The notes beneath the pieces were generated by a model, which did no database searches, had not been told where the DNA came from, and was given only the letters and a program-made list of their open reading frames with translations. Below, piece by piece: positions 38,518 to 50,565 of a DNA stretch of 64,000 bases (its first letter is position 1; every line of letters starts with the position of its first letter). The DNA comes from Nemertoderma westbladi (Eukaryota > Animalia > Xenacoelomorpha): positions 144,813 to 208,812 of the forward strand of contig JAUCBJ010007179.1 of assembly GCA_032718475.1 (NCBI GenBank), read 5' to 3'. The position numbers and the translations under genes were made by a program.

Positions 38518-40164
38518 ACATTTCCTTTTTGGTCAATCTCAGTATAGAATGATCCGCTTCATCCACATGTGATAAGGTAGGTCCAATATTCCTGTTTGGT
38601 TGGGTTATTAGCATAGCTAGTAAATGCGTGGATTTCTTACAATTCATGGAACTTAAATAGTTTATACTGTAGTTTACTTGGCATTACCTAGGTAAACTAC
38701 TGTCAACCTGTAAGGGAGTCGGATGACTCTAGTCCCGACCCTTTAACTATGTAGTTACCGGCCCGTTAACCACATTTTTATCGATTGACTTTTAAATAAT
38801 GATCAATTTTTGAGATTTTAGTAGCTATTTTTTTTACCAGATACAATAGTTACTGTTTTTTAGCTATCATCAACTGTTATATTTCTAGAGAACTACGCAA
38901 CCATACAGTACCATTTTAATTATTAAAAAAACATTTAAAAAAACATTAAAAAAACATACCGATGACATAAATGAACAATTCGACTAATATGGGTACCCAT
39001 AACATAGTAGTACCTAATATGTCAACTAAGTTCTCTTAAGTCAATTTTCTAGTTCCAGCTAATGACATTTTCATGTCAATGAAAAAAAATTCCATATCAG
39101 AAACTACGAGTATAGCAATTTTCTATAGAACAAGTCCCATTTAAATGCAGAGACCTGGAAACTCACTAGCTATTCCATGAAGAAAACACTAAATGTGAGT
39201 AATCATAGGCTTAACTAATGATCAATAACTAATAATCATAACTAATGATCATCATTAGTTATGAATTCCAAACCCAATTCCCCATATCGAAATGGTCACC
39301 CAAGAAAAAGTACTGTAGTACCCAACTCAAAATTTGGAATATTATAAATATTATTATATCGTACGTTGGAACACAGGAACATACTATACTGTACAGTAGA
39401 ATCCACTCTAATTTACTTTGTTTGCTAAGGTACTTATGCACTTTATCTGTACTATCCCTTACGGTATCGATTTATGAATACGGGTACAATAAAATAAGAT
39501 GCACAATACAGTAGAAAGGAGCTAAACTGGAAATAACAAATATAGTTACCGTAGAAACATCACCTAAATGTTATAATCGCTGAAATTTGTTGTCTTTAAT
39601 AATTATGTTAACACTCAAACATGTCAGGTTAGGACATAAATATCAGCCCAATTTAGATTCTTAACCTTGTCTAAAGTTACAGAAAGGCCACGCTAATAAA
39701 ATAAACATCATTTATCTAACTTTGGTGCATATTTTGTAACTAATTGTATAATTAAAGGCGTTTGAAATCGCAACACTAAACTTGAATGCCGTCTCCATAG
39801 CAACTGGATTTAAAAATCAGACAAAAAAGATTGACATTATTTCGTAAATGAACTATATTGACTTTGTAGAAGATTTCAATCCATTATGACATGTTGTTTG
39901 CAGTTGCTATGCTTTAAATGAGAATTACGTGGTCCTTAGCAACTAGGTCGTTATTTCAAAATGCCCAAAGTCAAAAATGTTATTTATAATCGCCATTTCC
40001 TCATTAAGTGGGACCTATAGAACTCAAAACATCAAAAAAATTGAATCCGTCCAAAAATTTTCGGTATACCATTGTGGCTGCCGGACTATCTAAAACGCAT
40101 AAAATTTCAAACGGCATAAATAAAATTTGGTTTGATAAAACGATATTTATGAGTGTCATATTCG

Positions 40165-40520
40165 TGATCAGCATCCCAGAAAACCCATAATGGCATAAAA
40201 TCAGGTTGATTCGGTAATGATTTTTGATCAGCATCCCAGAAAACCCGTATTGGCATAAAATCAGGTTGATTCGGTAATGATTTTTGATCAGCATCCCAGA
40301 AATCCCGTATTGGCATAAAATCAGGTTGATTTGGTAATGATTTTTGATCAGCATCCCAGAAAACCCGTATTGGCATAAAATCAGGTTGATTCGGTAATGA
40401 TTTTTGATCAGCATCCCAGAAATCCCGTATTGGCATAAAATCAGGTTGATTCGGTAATGATTTTTGATCAGCATCCCAGAAAACCCGTATTGGCATAAAA
40501 TCAGGTTGATTCGGTAATAA
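40165..40520. repeat. 60-bp tandem repeat, about 6 copies
   Basis: Unit GATCAGCATCCCAGAAAACCCGTATTGGCATAAAATCAGGTTGATTCGGTAATGATTTTT. Confidence 0.97.
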
Positions 40521-40595
40521 TGATTTTTGATTATCTAATTTGTGCTACTTGTATTTTTCGTGCCGCACATTGACATTGATACGTATCCAAAAAAG

Positions 40596-41317
40596 CCGTA
40601 ATCAACAAGGCAGAATATTTCTCAGTGTCATATTCGTGATCAACATCCCAAAAAACCCCATATGGTCATAAAATCAATTTGTTCATATTTCCACTAAGAT
40701 ACTTGTTTTTTTCGTGCTCCAGGAGCACAAATAACTGACTAAATAACTAATATAACAACATGCCTATGTTGTTATATTATACACAACTTTTCGATATGTT
40801 TGATGTAGGTAGAGGAATAACATAGCCGTAATCAACAAGGTAGGATATTTCTCAGTGTCATATTCGTGATCAGCATCCCAAAAAAACCACATGGTCATAA
40901 AATCAATGTGTTTTCGTGGTGATTTTTCATTATCATAATTCCACTAATTTTTCCAAGTTTTTTCGTGCTCCAGGGGCACAAATAACTGACTAAATAACTA
41001 ATATAACAACATGCCTATGTTGTTATATTATACACAACTTTTCGATATGTATGATGTAGGTAGAGGAATAACATAGCCGTAATCAACAAGGTAGGATATT
41101 TCTCAGTGTCATATTCGTGATCAGCATTCCAAAAAAACCACATGGTCATAAAATCAATGTGTTTTCGTGGTGATTTTTCATTATCATAATTCCACTAATT
41201 TTTCCAAGTTTTTTCGTGCTCCAGGAGCACAAATAACTGACTAAATAACTAATATAACAACATGCCTATGTTGTTATATTATACACAACTTTTCGATATG
41301 TTTGATGTAGAGGAATA
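40596..41317. repeat. ~251-bp tandem repeat, about 3 copies
   Basis: GCACAAATAACTGACTAAATAAC recurs near 40725, 40976 and 41227. Confidence 0.92.
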
Positions 41318-42857
41318 AACCTTCCCAATGAAATCAGCACATTCTAAAACCTCATTAGCCAAACTGTATGGCCAATTTAACACTTTTGAAAAAAGTGCTG
41401 ATTGCACTTTTGGTGCTCTTTTAGTATCTATTGATAAAAAAATGAAAATTTTGCTTCTAATCTTGCTTTCGATTACTAATAATGAATTCAACAGAACAAT
41501 AAAACATAGTATGGCTTTATGGTTATAACCAAGTCTTTGAAGGGTGATGTATTTTATGTAATTTTATCAATTCCGAAAAGTGTTGATATGGTATGGGTGC
41601 CAGGACTCCTCATACTGTATCTCGAAAACTACTGGAGCTATTAACTTTTTATTTGTCTCATCTAAAAGAGGACATAATTTTAGTTAGGGACAAGTACTTT
41701 CGACGTGCTAGACGTATTGTTTCAGGGGTTCTATCTAAGGTTTTCAATCTTCATTCTCTGGGTTGTCCTTCAAGGAGATAAGACACATTAGTACCTCCCC
41801 TCTTCGTTATTGTAGTGGACTATTATGCTGGAGACATCGTATCGATATACTCAGTCAAAGTCGTGGGTGCCCAGCAGAACATACAAACTGTGACTTAATG
41901 GAGGGAGCACAGAAACTGTTTCGGTATCTTAGCTTAGAAGAGGGTGCATCCACTATTGTTCTTTTTGTCAAGTGTGCTACTGTAGGATCAAAATTTTGAC
42001 AGTAAAGATCAACTCAGACCACCAGAAAATGGATCATGACTACCTGAGTCATGGTTAGGAGGTCTTGTGATAATCTACTTGATTTAGTTGCCATAGTAAC
42101 TTTGTCAATAACTGTTGTCTGAAATGCCATTTAGATGTCATTTTTTATCTTAAAAGGGATTGCAGTCTGTCAGACCTGATGGTTTTTATGCCCTAAATAC
42201 TTGTTAAACTATAAACTATAAATGTTGTATCATGGTATGGATTTATCGTATAATATATGTGGATATGTCTTTGGAACCATATAAATAGCCCTCTACCGAT
42301 TCAGATTTGTTATCATATCAAAATGAAAGGCCAACAGATACAAGACAAGGCCTTCCCAAAAAATTCAGTTCCAGGTGGTTGTTACCAAAAAGTGACAGGG
42401 ACAACTTATTGGAATCAAATCGGTAGAACAACAAGAATATATATATTCTAAGGCGCCACTGCTCCCTTGCTCCATAGAAGATATATACATATCTACAAAA
42501 GATATTGAAAATCTTTTTTTTTATAAAAAAAAAAAATTTTTTTATCAGAAAAATCCAATTTCACTAAAATTTATTGCTAAACAGTGCAAGAAAGTGCTGC
42601 TTTCGCTCACTCTAGTATTTTTCTCTTAAAATTAGTGACAGGAAGTGCGAATTTTAGCTCAGATGGCAGATTGCAGGAGCTTTGAATATTATTTATGGGG
42701 TTCGAGAACCAACGACCGGAAAATTTGACTTTTTGTAAATCCAATTATTTAAAAAATTGATCTCATATATTCACAGATGTTATTTTGCAAGTTAAGCTCC
42801 ACTTACAAACCCCCGATTAAATAGTTATATTGTTATGTTTTTCGGTAATATATATTT

Positions 42858-45234
42858 GGGTTGTTCTCACAAAAAGTGGCCAAAATAAAATTGTCAAATT
42901 TTTTTTTGTCAAAACCATATAAATATATACATATTTCGAGAGCACTCGATGATGCGATTTCGAATACACTAGTGGGCCGTTTTTTTAGTAAAGTCGTAAG
43001 GTTTTATTCGCGAAAAACTAATGTCCACAATGTAACATTTTGTCCCTGGTGTAACGCTACTTGTTAGCCAATCAGCAGCCTTCATTTCACAAAACGCCCA
43101 CAATCTAACTCGTTGTCTCGAATGTAACGCTACTTGTTAGCCAATCAGTATCCAGGATTTGACATTTAAAATATATACCAGAAATTCATCAGTCACTTTA
43201 ATGTCATGTACGGATTTATTTTATATTTATACGGGTTTTTTACGGATTTATTTATCGACCCAATGGCTGAATATATTATTTTTCAAATCAGCAAATTATT
43301 TAGTTTGTATTATTGTATACATACAATATGAATATACATATTATTGTAACAATAATTGTACAAAATAGTTAACGGAATCCTTAAAACCATCACTAACGTA
43401 ATCTCTAAGTCCTTCACGTGTAACGCCATCCCATCACTAACGTAATCTCTAAGTCCTTCACGTGTAACGCCATCACTAACTTAATCTCTAAGTCCTTCAC
43501 GTGTAACTAAGTCCTTCACGTGTAACGCCATCACTAACTTCATCTCTAAGTCCTTCACATGTAACGCCATCACTAACTTAATCTCTAAGTCCTTCACGTG
43601 TAACGCCATCACTAACTTAATCTATAAGTCCTTCACGTGTAACGCCATCCCATCACTAACATATCTCTAAGTCCTTCACGTGTAACGCCATCACTAACTT
43701 AATCTATAAGTCCTTCACGTGTAACGCCATCCCATCACTAACTTAATCTCTAAGTCCTTCACGTGTAACGCCATCACTAACTTAATCTCTAAGTCCTTCA
43801 CGTGTAACGCCATCACTAACTTAATCTCTAAGTCCTTCACGTGTAACGCCATCCCATCACTAACTTAATCTCTAAGTCCTTCATGTGTAACTAAGTCCTT
43901 CACGTGTAACGCCATCACTAACTTAATCTCTAAGTCCTTCACGTGCAACGCCACCCCATCACTAACTTAATCTCTATGTCCTTCACGTGTAACTAAGTCC
44001 TTCACGTGTAACGCCATCACTAACTTAATCTCTATGTCCTTCACGTGTAACTAAGTCCTTCACGTGTAACACCATCACTAAATTCAATCGAGAAGTTCTT
44101 ACCCGACACAACACGCTTAATTCCGTTTGACAATTGTAATTGCATGACGATTAAGAAGTACTGTTTTAGAACCGAAATAAAGAAAGGTAAACAAACTCAT
44201 GAGCTTTTCCTAAACCCTTTAGGTAGTTAGTACTAAGTAATACAGACTACAACAGATAATATTACTACTACAGTAGTTTATACTAAATACTGAAAACCAG
44301 AAACCATCGACTATTGTTAATTTAACCCTGACTGCCTAATTTGTAAAAAGAAACGTCACTCGTACTGCTAGGTATGTTCAGGCCCAACTACGTTACATGA
44401 TGGACATGTCTCAAGTGTAACGCTATTGATTGTGACAGCGTTACATGCGTTACATGATGGACATTGAAGACATTTTTCATTAGCATGGCGTTGACTATAG
44501 TCTGTTTTGAAACTATATTAAAATCAAATATGTGATTCGATAGATCTGCGATTGCTCTTTCATATGAGCCCTCAATGGTGTCGATATGATTAGTAAAGCA
44601 AAAGTTATCGCTATTCAAAGTAGCGTTACATTGAGGACATTCCTAATGACGGTATTTTATGTAGATTTCCGTTTTCGCACAATGCTCGAGTTCTAATGAA
44701 CGAATTCTTATAATTTTTTTACCTGCTGATAGCTAAATAAATCGCCGATTAGAAATATCTCACTTGGAGATGTTGTGAATAAATATAAAAAAACCATGTC
44801 ATAAAAACGAGCGTTACATGGTGGACAAAATCCTAGTGACGGCGTAATTAATTGTTAGTAAATAGTAAATATATAAAATGTGAGTAGCTTCGGTTGAAAA
44901 CCACCAATAGTATGTGAAAGAGCATTAAATTTGCTTTATTTTGATGTATGGTATGTGGAACCTTTGCTTTCATTACTTTAGCTCAGAAGCCAAATATTTA
45001 AAAATAATTCAATGTGACATTTCAAAAAACATGCATTTTCGATATTTGAAATGGTGTCATTCTCTAGGTTGTGAATGGAATCTGTTGAAAATTTGCTGAA
45101 ATATGAGCAGATTTCCGCTCTTCCGATTGGTATATAGGTTCATGGGGTTAAATCTGTGTCGTTTGGAAATATAACCGTGCGAATGCATGGACATTTTGAC
45201 ATAAAAGTTTGGCCACTTTTTGTGAGAACGACCC
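42858..45234. mobile_element. Non-autonomous TIR element, 4-bp AWWT TSD (Sola1-like)
   Basis: TIRs GGGTTGTTCTCACAAAAAGTGGCCAAA / TTTGGCCACTTTTTGTGAGAACGACCC (1 mismatch); ATTT on both flanks; oriented subterminal GTCC..TGTAACG motifs. Confidence 0.85.
43389..44080. repeat. 39/44-bp minisatellite (CATCACTAACTTAATCTCTAAGTCCTTCACGTGTAACGC) with shorter partial units
   Basis: Directly visible, about 18-19 units. Confidence 0.96.
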
Positions 45235-45752
45235 ATTTACACTTTTCGATATTATTTATGCAACATAATTTGAATACATTAAGCTGCCAATTCCTTCAAA
45301 TGTACTGAAGTAGTTTTGGTTACAATAGATTAATGTACATTATTGTAACTCAATTACATTTATAATTTATAATTGAGATTTAAATATTATATTTGTTTTG
45401 AATTTCAAACTCCTAATTTACCCTTATATAGATAGATTTTTTAGTTATGTAAGTTTGAGTGCTTTGTAATTTTGTTCATTTAAATTGATATTATTGAGTT
45501 TGTTTTCAGTCTTTTATTATTAATAATTAGTAGGGCGGGCGGGTGGAGTGGGTTACCATACACTGCACCCTGTATTGTTTGGTTAAACTTCCTATGATAC
45601 ATGCTTTGATTATATTTGGATTTACCAAGTGTCGTAGGTGATTATTTTTTTCTGTTTTGTATCTTGTGACGGTGTAGTTAATACACTACCGTAGTAAATT
45701 ATCACGCCACCAATAAAATAAACAGTTATTTATTTATTGTACTTAACATCAG

Positions 45753-45878
45753 ATAAGGATGAGTGCGAAGATCAATCGAGTTGCAACCTCCAAAGTTCAA
45801 CCTGTAGAAATATTGATGGTAGTTTCACCTGCGACTGCAAACCGGGATACAAGAAAGATAGTAGTAATCTCTGTGAAG
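45753..45878 (+). CDS. Internal exon, cbEGF domain (DKDECEDQSSCNLQSSTCRNIDGSFTCDCKPGYKKDSSNLCE)
   Basis: CAG acceptor, GTATGT donor, 126 nt, phase 1-1. Confidence 0.93.
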
Positions 45879-46372
45879 GTATGTATTACCGATTAATTAA
45901 CTAAGAATGTCTAGGGGTGGGGTGGTGGGGTTGCTGGTAAACAAAGGGGTTTGATACATCATGTTAGTGAGTGTGCACACCTATTGTGTTCTTCTTCATT
46001 TCAACTTGAACCAAAGTCAAATTCCATATAATTATCTAAAGGATCTAAATATGGTTCATGGCTGGAATAGAATGTCATCCGAGAAGGGTAGTGTTGAAAT
46101 ATATCCTATCTGCTGCAGAATTATATGTTGAATCCAAATCTGAAAACCATATTTCCATATCTTACTTAGTATTCCAGATACTGTATCTTTGCTAGAAGAT
46201 ACCGGCACCGATAGGTATATAGTGATAATGGTAAATGCGATGAAGTTTGTGGTTTTTATTCAATTTCTGCAAATTTCTGTGCTAAGTAATGCTACTTCGA
46301 TGTCTCCCCGAGAAAGAGCATAAAATTATATTAATACAAAGGTACAATTTTATGATTATTGGACCTATTGAT

Positions 46373-46917
46373 TGGTCAGTTCATATGACAACTTAAAGTC
46401 TCCGGAACAATAATAGAACTCGATTAAGCTATATGGGATTGCAGGGAATAGACGTATTGCTCATCGGAGATCTTCAAAATGTACAGTATCTCCAGTTCTA
46501 GTGGTCGTACGAAGGTCATTTAAGTCGGATTCGAAAGCACTCTACAAGGTGAGATAACAATGTTACCATTTGGTTTGTCAAACATTTGAACAGTGGCTGA
46601 GCAATCATAACTTCAACAAAATGATGTGGTCTGCATCTATTACCAAATCTGCTGCCAATATGTTATGTTGCATGACAACCTATCCATCTTAAATCGAATT
46701 GTAACTTTGTTTTCTGAGAAAATAGCTTTTGAATGAGCCTAAAACGAACTTCGTACGACCACTAGAACTGGAGAATCTACATTATTTTAGTATCTCGGAT
46801 GAGCGAAAAGCCATTTCCGTCATCAAATTCCTTCAATTCAATTTCCAAGTCCGCATAGTCGCCGTTTCGAGTCCCATTATTGTTCTGGAGACTTAAAGTT
46901 GTCTTATAAACTGACCA
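46373..46917. mobile_element. Old fold-back MITE with imperfect ~150-bp inverted arms
   Basis: TGGTCAGTT..ACAACTTAAAGTCTCC..AACAATAAT mirrored at the right end; perfect inner match TCTCCAGTTCTAGTGGTCGTACGAAG / CTTCGTACGACCACTAGAACTGGAGA. Confidence 0.75.
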
Positions 46918-47309
46918 GTACACGTTCGTGGGGCCTTCGCGCAGCACGAGGCCCAGTTATGAGATACAAATTAAAATTGTGCGACTGTATCACAAAATCA
47001 GGTTATGAGAGATTAACCAACACCACCAATTAATCAAAGAAAGGGGGACAGTACGTGTTCACCCCTTTTAATCTGCACCCCCCCGCCCCCTCCCTTCCCA
47101 CCCACCAATACATAACCGCGACATCTACCACCCACGGAAGGGTAGCACGAACTTATTTCCAAACGCACGTTCAATATGCAAAGCCAGGTGGTTTATAGGA
47201 ATATAATCAATGCAGTACTCGTCTTCATTATAAGCCTCTTTGCGTTCGACCTGTTTTGTATTAAAATATATTTATTAAACGCAGGCTGACGCTCTTTATA
47301 ATAATAATA

Positions 47310-47651
47310 CCTAGGGATGCCAGCTTCCAGACTTTCAATCTTTACTGCCGCGCAAACCCCGCAGAGGAAGTTTTGGTTTGAGAGATCAAGCCCATCGGCA
47401 ATTGGTGTTTCAATTTCGGTCCAGGAACTCTGACAATGGGAGCATTCAATCTTAGCTGTGGTCCATTCCCGTGGTTTCGGCTTCCTTTTCTTCGTCCCAA
47501 TGACAGATTCTTCTGAAGACGTTCGATTCGCTTTCAGTTTATTGTTGGCGTTTGTGTTTTGAAGTTGTATTCGAGTGGACAGTCGCGCCGGTTTCGAGGT
47601 AACCATACCGACCTGTGATAAGCGTTGGTTTTGTTGAGTGTCGGTATTCAT
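47310..47651 (-). pseudogene. Possible LINE ORF1 N-terminal fragment with PHD-like finger
   Basis: IECSHCQSSW...FLCGVC followed by heptad-like KIESLE; incomplete ligand set. Confidence 0.35.
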
Positions 47652-48492
47652 CTTCTCTCACCTCTTCAATGTCAGATGTTGCAAATACTGATAACACGAA
47701 TAACGGTATATATTTCAATACTTGTCAATAGTAATATATATAATTTAGATAACTATTTTATATCTGTACTGTTGAGCAAACTCTACATAAATTTCAACCT
47801 GTGTATCGCCGGTAGGGCTGTTGCTGTGCAAGTGCTAGTTGCCACCGGTCAGCCGGTACCGGTAGTAGGGTGGTACCATGGCCTACTACACACAGGCCAT
47901 GACAAGGACTTTGCTGTGAAATTAGCGTAGGCTGACTGGTGACTGATGAATTATCAAATATTATATTTTCCATGAATGCAGGGTCCATATTTAAAAGAAG
48001 ATGACTAGATTTTCGTAAAGAATTTAATTGAAACAGTATTTAATAATAAATAAATTAATTATCGCTCGAGTTCCTGCAGCTTTTATTCGTGGCAGGAATG
48101 TTTGAACGCTAATAAGTCGGTCAATCATGGATGAAATGGAACCAAACTTGGTACACTTGTAGTCTTAAAAAAATTTAGAAATTCTACACACAGACAGACT
48201 TCTACAGTTCCCCGGTCTGCCGCTAGGGGGCGAATTAACAGAAACGTAAAAATAGCTGTAATTATAGAACCAACGATCAGATTCATCTGAAATTTAGTAG
48301 TAGTTACCTAAGAGCATTGCTTAATTATAAATTCTACAGAGACTTTTACAGTTCCTGTCTGCCGCTAGTGGGGAATTGTTAGAGCTCCAGTTCAACGTGC
48401 TTAGCATGGTATAATAAACAATCAATTAATTATTTTATTCAATACAGTAATTATAACAGTAAAATGCAATGTATTCTATTTTTTAGTGAAAT

Positions 48493-48758
48493 CAAGAGAT
48501 AGGAGGGGGGTGGGACTGGACGCAAATCCCATCTTGGCGAATTAATATCCCGCCTCAATATTAATTTCTAAATTTTGGGAAAGGAGCAGGTTACAGTGGC
48601 ACGTTATTTTAACCAAAACAATAAAGTAAACACAATAGAACAGGTTACAGTTTTATTTTTGAGAGTAATCAGCTGTTGTTATTTGCGTCCAATTTCCCCT
48701 GGAGAGGGATGAATTTTTATTGCGTCCAGCCCCCCCCCCCCCCCCCCCCCCTATCTTG
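48493..48758. mobile_element. Short MITE with 4-bp AAAT TSD; diverged inverted copy at ~57345-57500
   Basis: CAAG..ATAGG(G-rich)CTGGACGCAA / TTGCGTCCAG(C-run)TATCTTG; AAAT on both flanks. Confidence 0.7.
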
Positions 48759-50355
48759 AAATCAAATACCAAAAATATATTTATTATATGAACAATCTAT
48801 TTGGAAATTGTAAGTTCGGCCTATCTCTTTACCATAAGCTCAGTATCTTTATCTGGTGTGTTTTTATTATTTTACCAATTATTTAATATGTTTGATAGAA
48901 TTGAACAACACCGCCCAACACAACCAACTCTCTATCCGCCTCGAGCATCGAGAATACGAGAAACTCGATCGAAATACCTGCTTATCCCAGTAGTATCCGT
49001 CCGTAGTCAGAGTCACCGGACCGCTGCGGTTTACTCCCGTAGAACAGTAGAATTCCCGCAGCTTCCGACCCAATTCGACAACGAATTCGCTTCACACTTT
49101 CGCGTCACAGAGAACGTAATCCAGTGCGATAACGTCTGCCCAACGTTCAACCATTTCCCCCAGGCGATCCCAGGATCCGGGCCGCCGCTAAACCCAGATC
49201 GCAATCCTCGTCGATTCGTCCAGTCGTCGACGTAAGTCAGTAAGTGGGACTCTTCCCACCGCACTCCAAGGTGGGTGACCGGAGTGAGGCATGATGAACT
49301 TGGCAGTGGCCCGCATTACGATCTGACCGACCGCCGTATTCCCAGTGTCTGAGTGTAGTAAATACCCAAATAGAATCGTACTGACAAACAAGCAATTCCG
49401 TAGTATTCCCCCGTTAATCACCTCTTGAAGCAACTCGGCTGCTCGGGTCCAGATACATCGGACTGTCGGGAGCGTTTCAGACATCAGACAGTAATGGAGC
49501 GGCATTTGCGAATATTTCCAATGGTTTTATAATAAATAAGGGGATTCAACAGTTCAATGCTAAAACAAATGGATTATTCCTAACCCCACCCCAATACAGC
49601 AATATACCTAACAGTATATAGCTTAGGTACCACAGTCTGACTAGCTTTAAATATTAGAGTATGAAAATTATTATAGGACCCTCATGGAAACGAGGTATAT
49701 ACCTCATGAGGCTATCCTTACACCAGAACCTTTTATTTAAGTAAATAAACATTTTATAAGTTGACTATCTACATAAATCAGTATTGGTGCTCCTAAATAT
49801 CTAGTGTTATTAGGCCTACTTGTACTGTAGGCCTAATATCGTAACGTAATCTTTATAAATGTATTATTGTGAATTTTAAAAGGTTTAATTATGTGTAAAA
49901 AACAATCAATCAATCAAACCATAATCAGCACAGTAAGCCTACGCATGGGTGGTACCTACGGTGCGCACTACAACGGCTGAACGGCAGTACAGCAATACGG
50001 TGTACCGTGCCAATGACTGAATGATTAGCGGTAACTACTGAACTATCTAAACTATTATATTATTATTACCGGTACTAGGCTAATTAGGCCTAAACTATAA
50101 TCACCGCAAGGGTTTCCGGGGCCATGTTTAGATTACATGATATGGCATGTCTGCAGTGTATGGTACCGGCTGACCTGTATTACAGCCTGACAGTACCGGT
50201 ACAAATGGTACATGCAGATTGGCAGACAGCCCCTATGTTTTGCAAAATTTGTCAGAAAACCAGCTGATTTATCCTACAGTAATAATAATTTAACGCATGT
50301 TAATTTTGGATAAATAAATATATTATAACTACAATAACAGTTACACTGATGCTGC

Positions 50356-50565
50356 ACGAAGGCCCCACGCAAATTCTACTTGGAAAATTTTCAAACTTTT
50401 GCCAAACAACATGTGTACCAAGTTTGGATAGATTTCATCAAGGATTGGCCGAGTTATTAACGTTTAAAATAAAATACTGAAAAAAAACGCGACAGAACGA
50501 CAGAACGACAGGTTGATTAATGGTACCACTACGCTAAGGCTCTCTCACTTCGTGGCTCGCCCCAC
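50356..50565. mobile_element. Helentron-associated (HINE/DINE-1-like) dispersed repeat; inverted copy at ~59561-59765, partial relatives at ~46920-47000 and ~53141-53300
   Basis: About 200 bp closely matching 59561-59765 in reverse; GACAGAAC microsatellite and CCAAACTTGGTACAC core. Family assignment is from resemblance only. Confidence 0.55.

Noticed and set aside
40004-40496. Repetitive 156-aa and 129-aa ORFs
   Set aside because: Products of the 60-bp tandem repeat
48801-49505. GC-richer patch with short ORFs, faintly like an L1/Tx1 C-terminus
   Set aside because: Too few motifs to support a call
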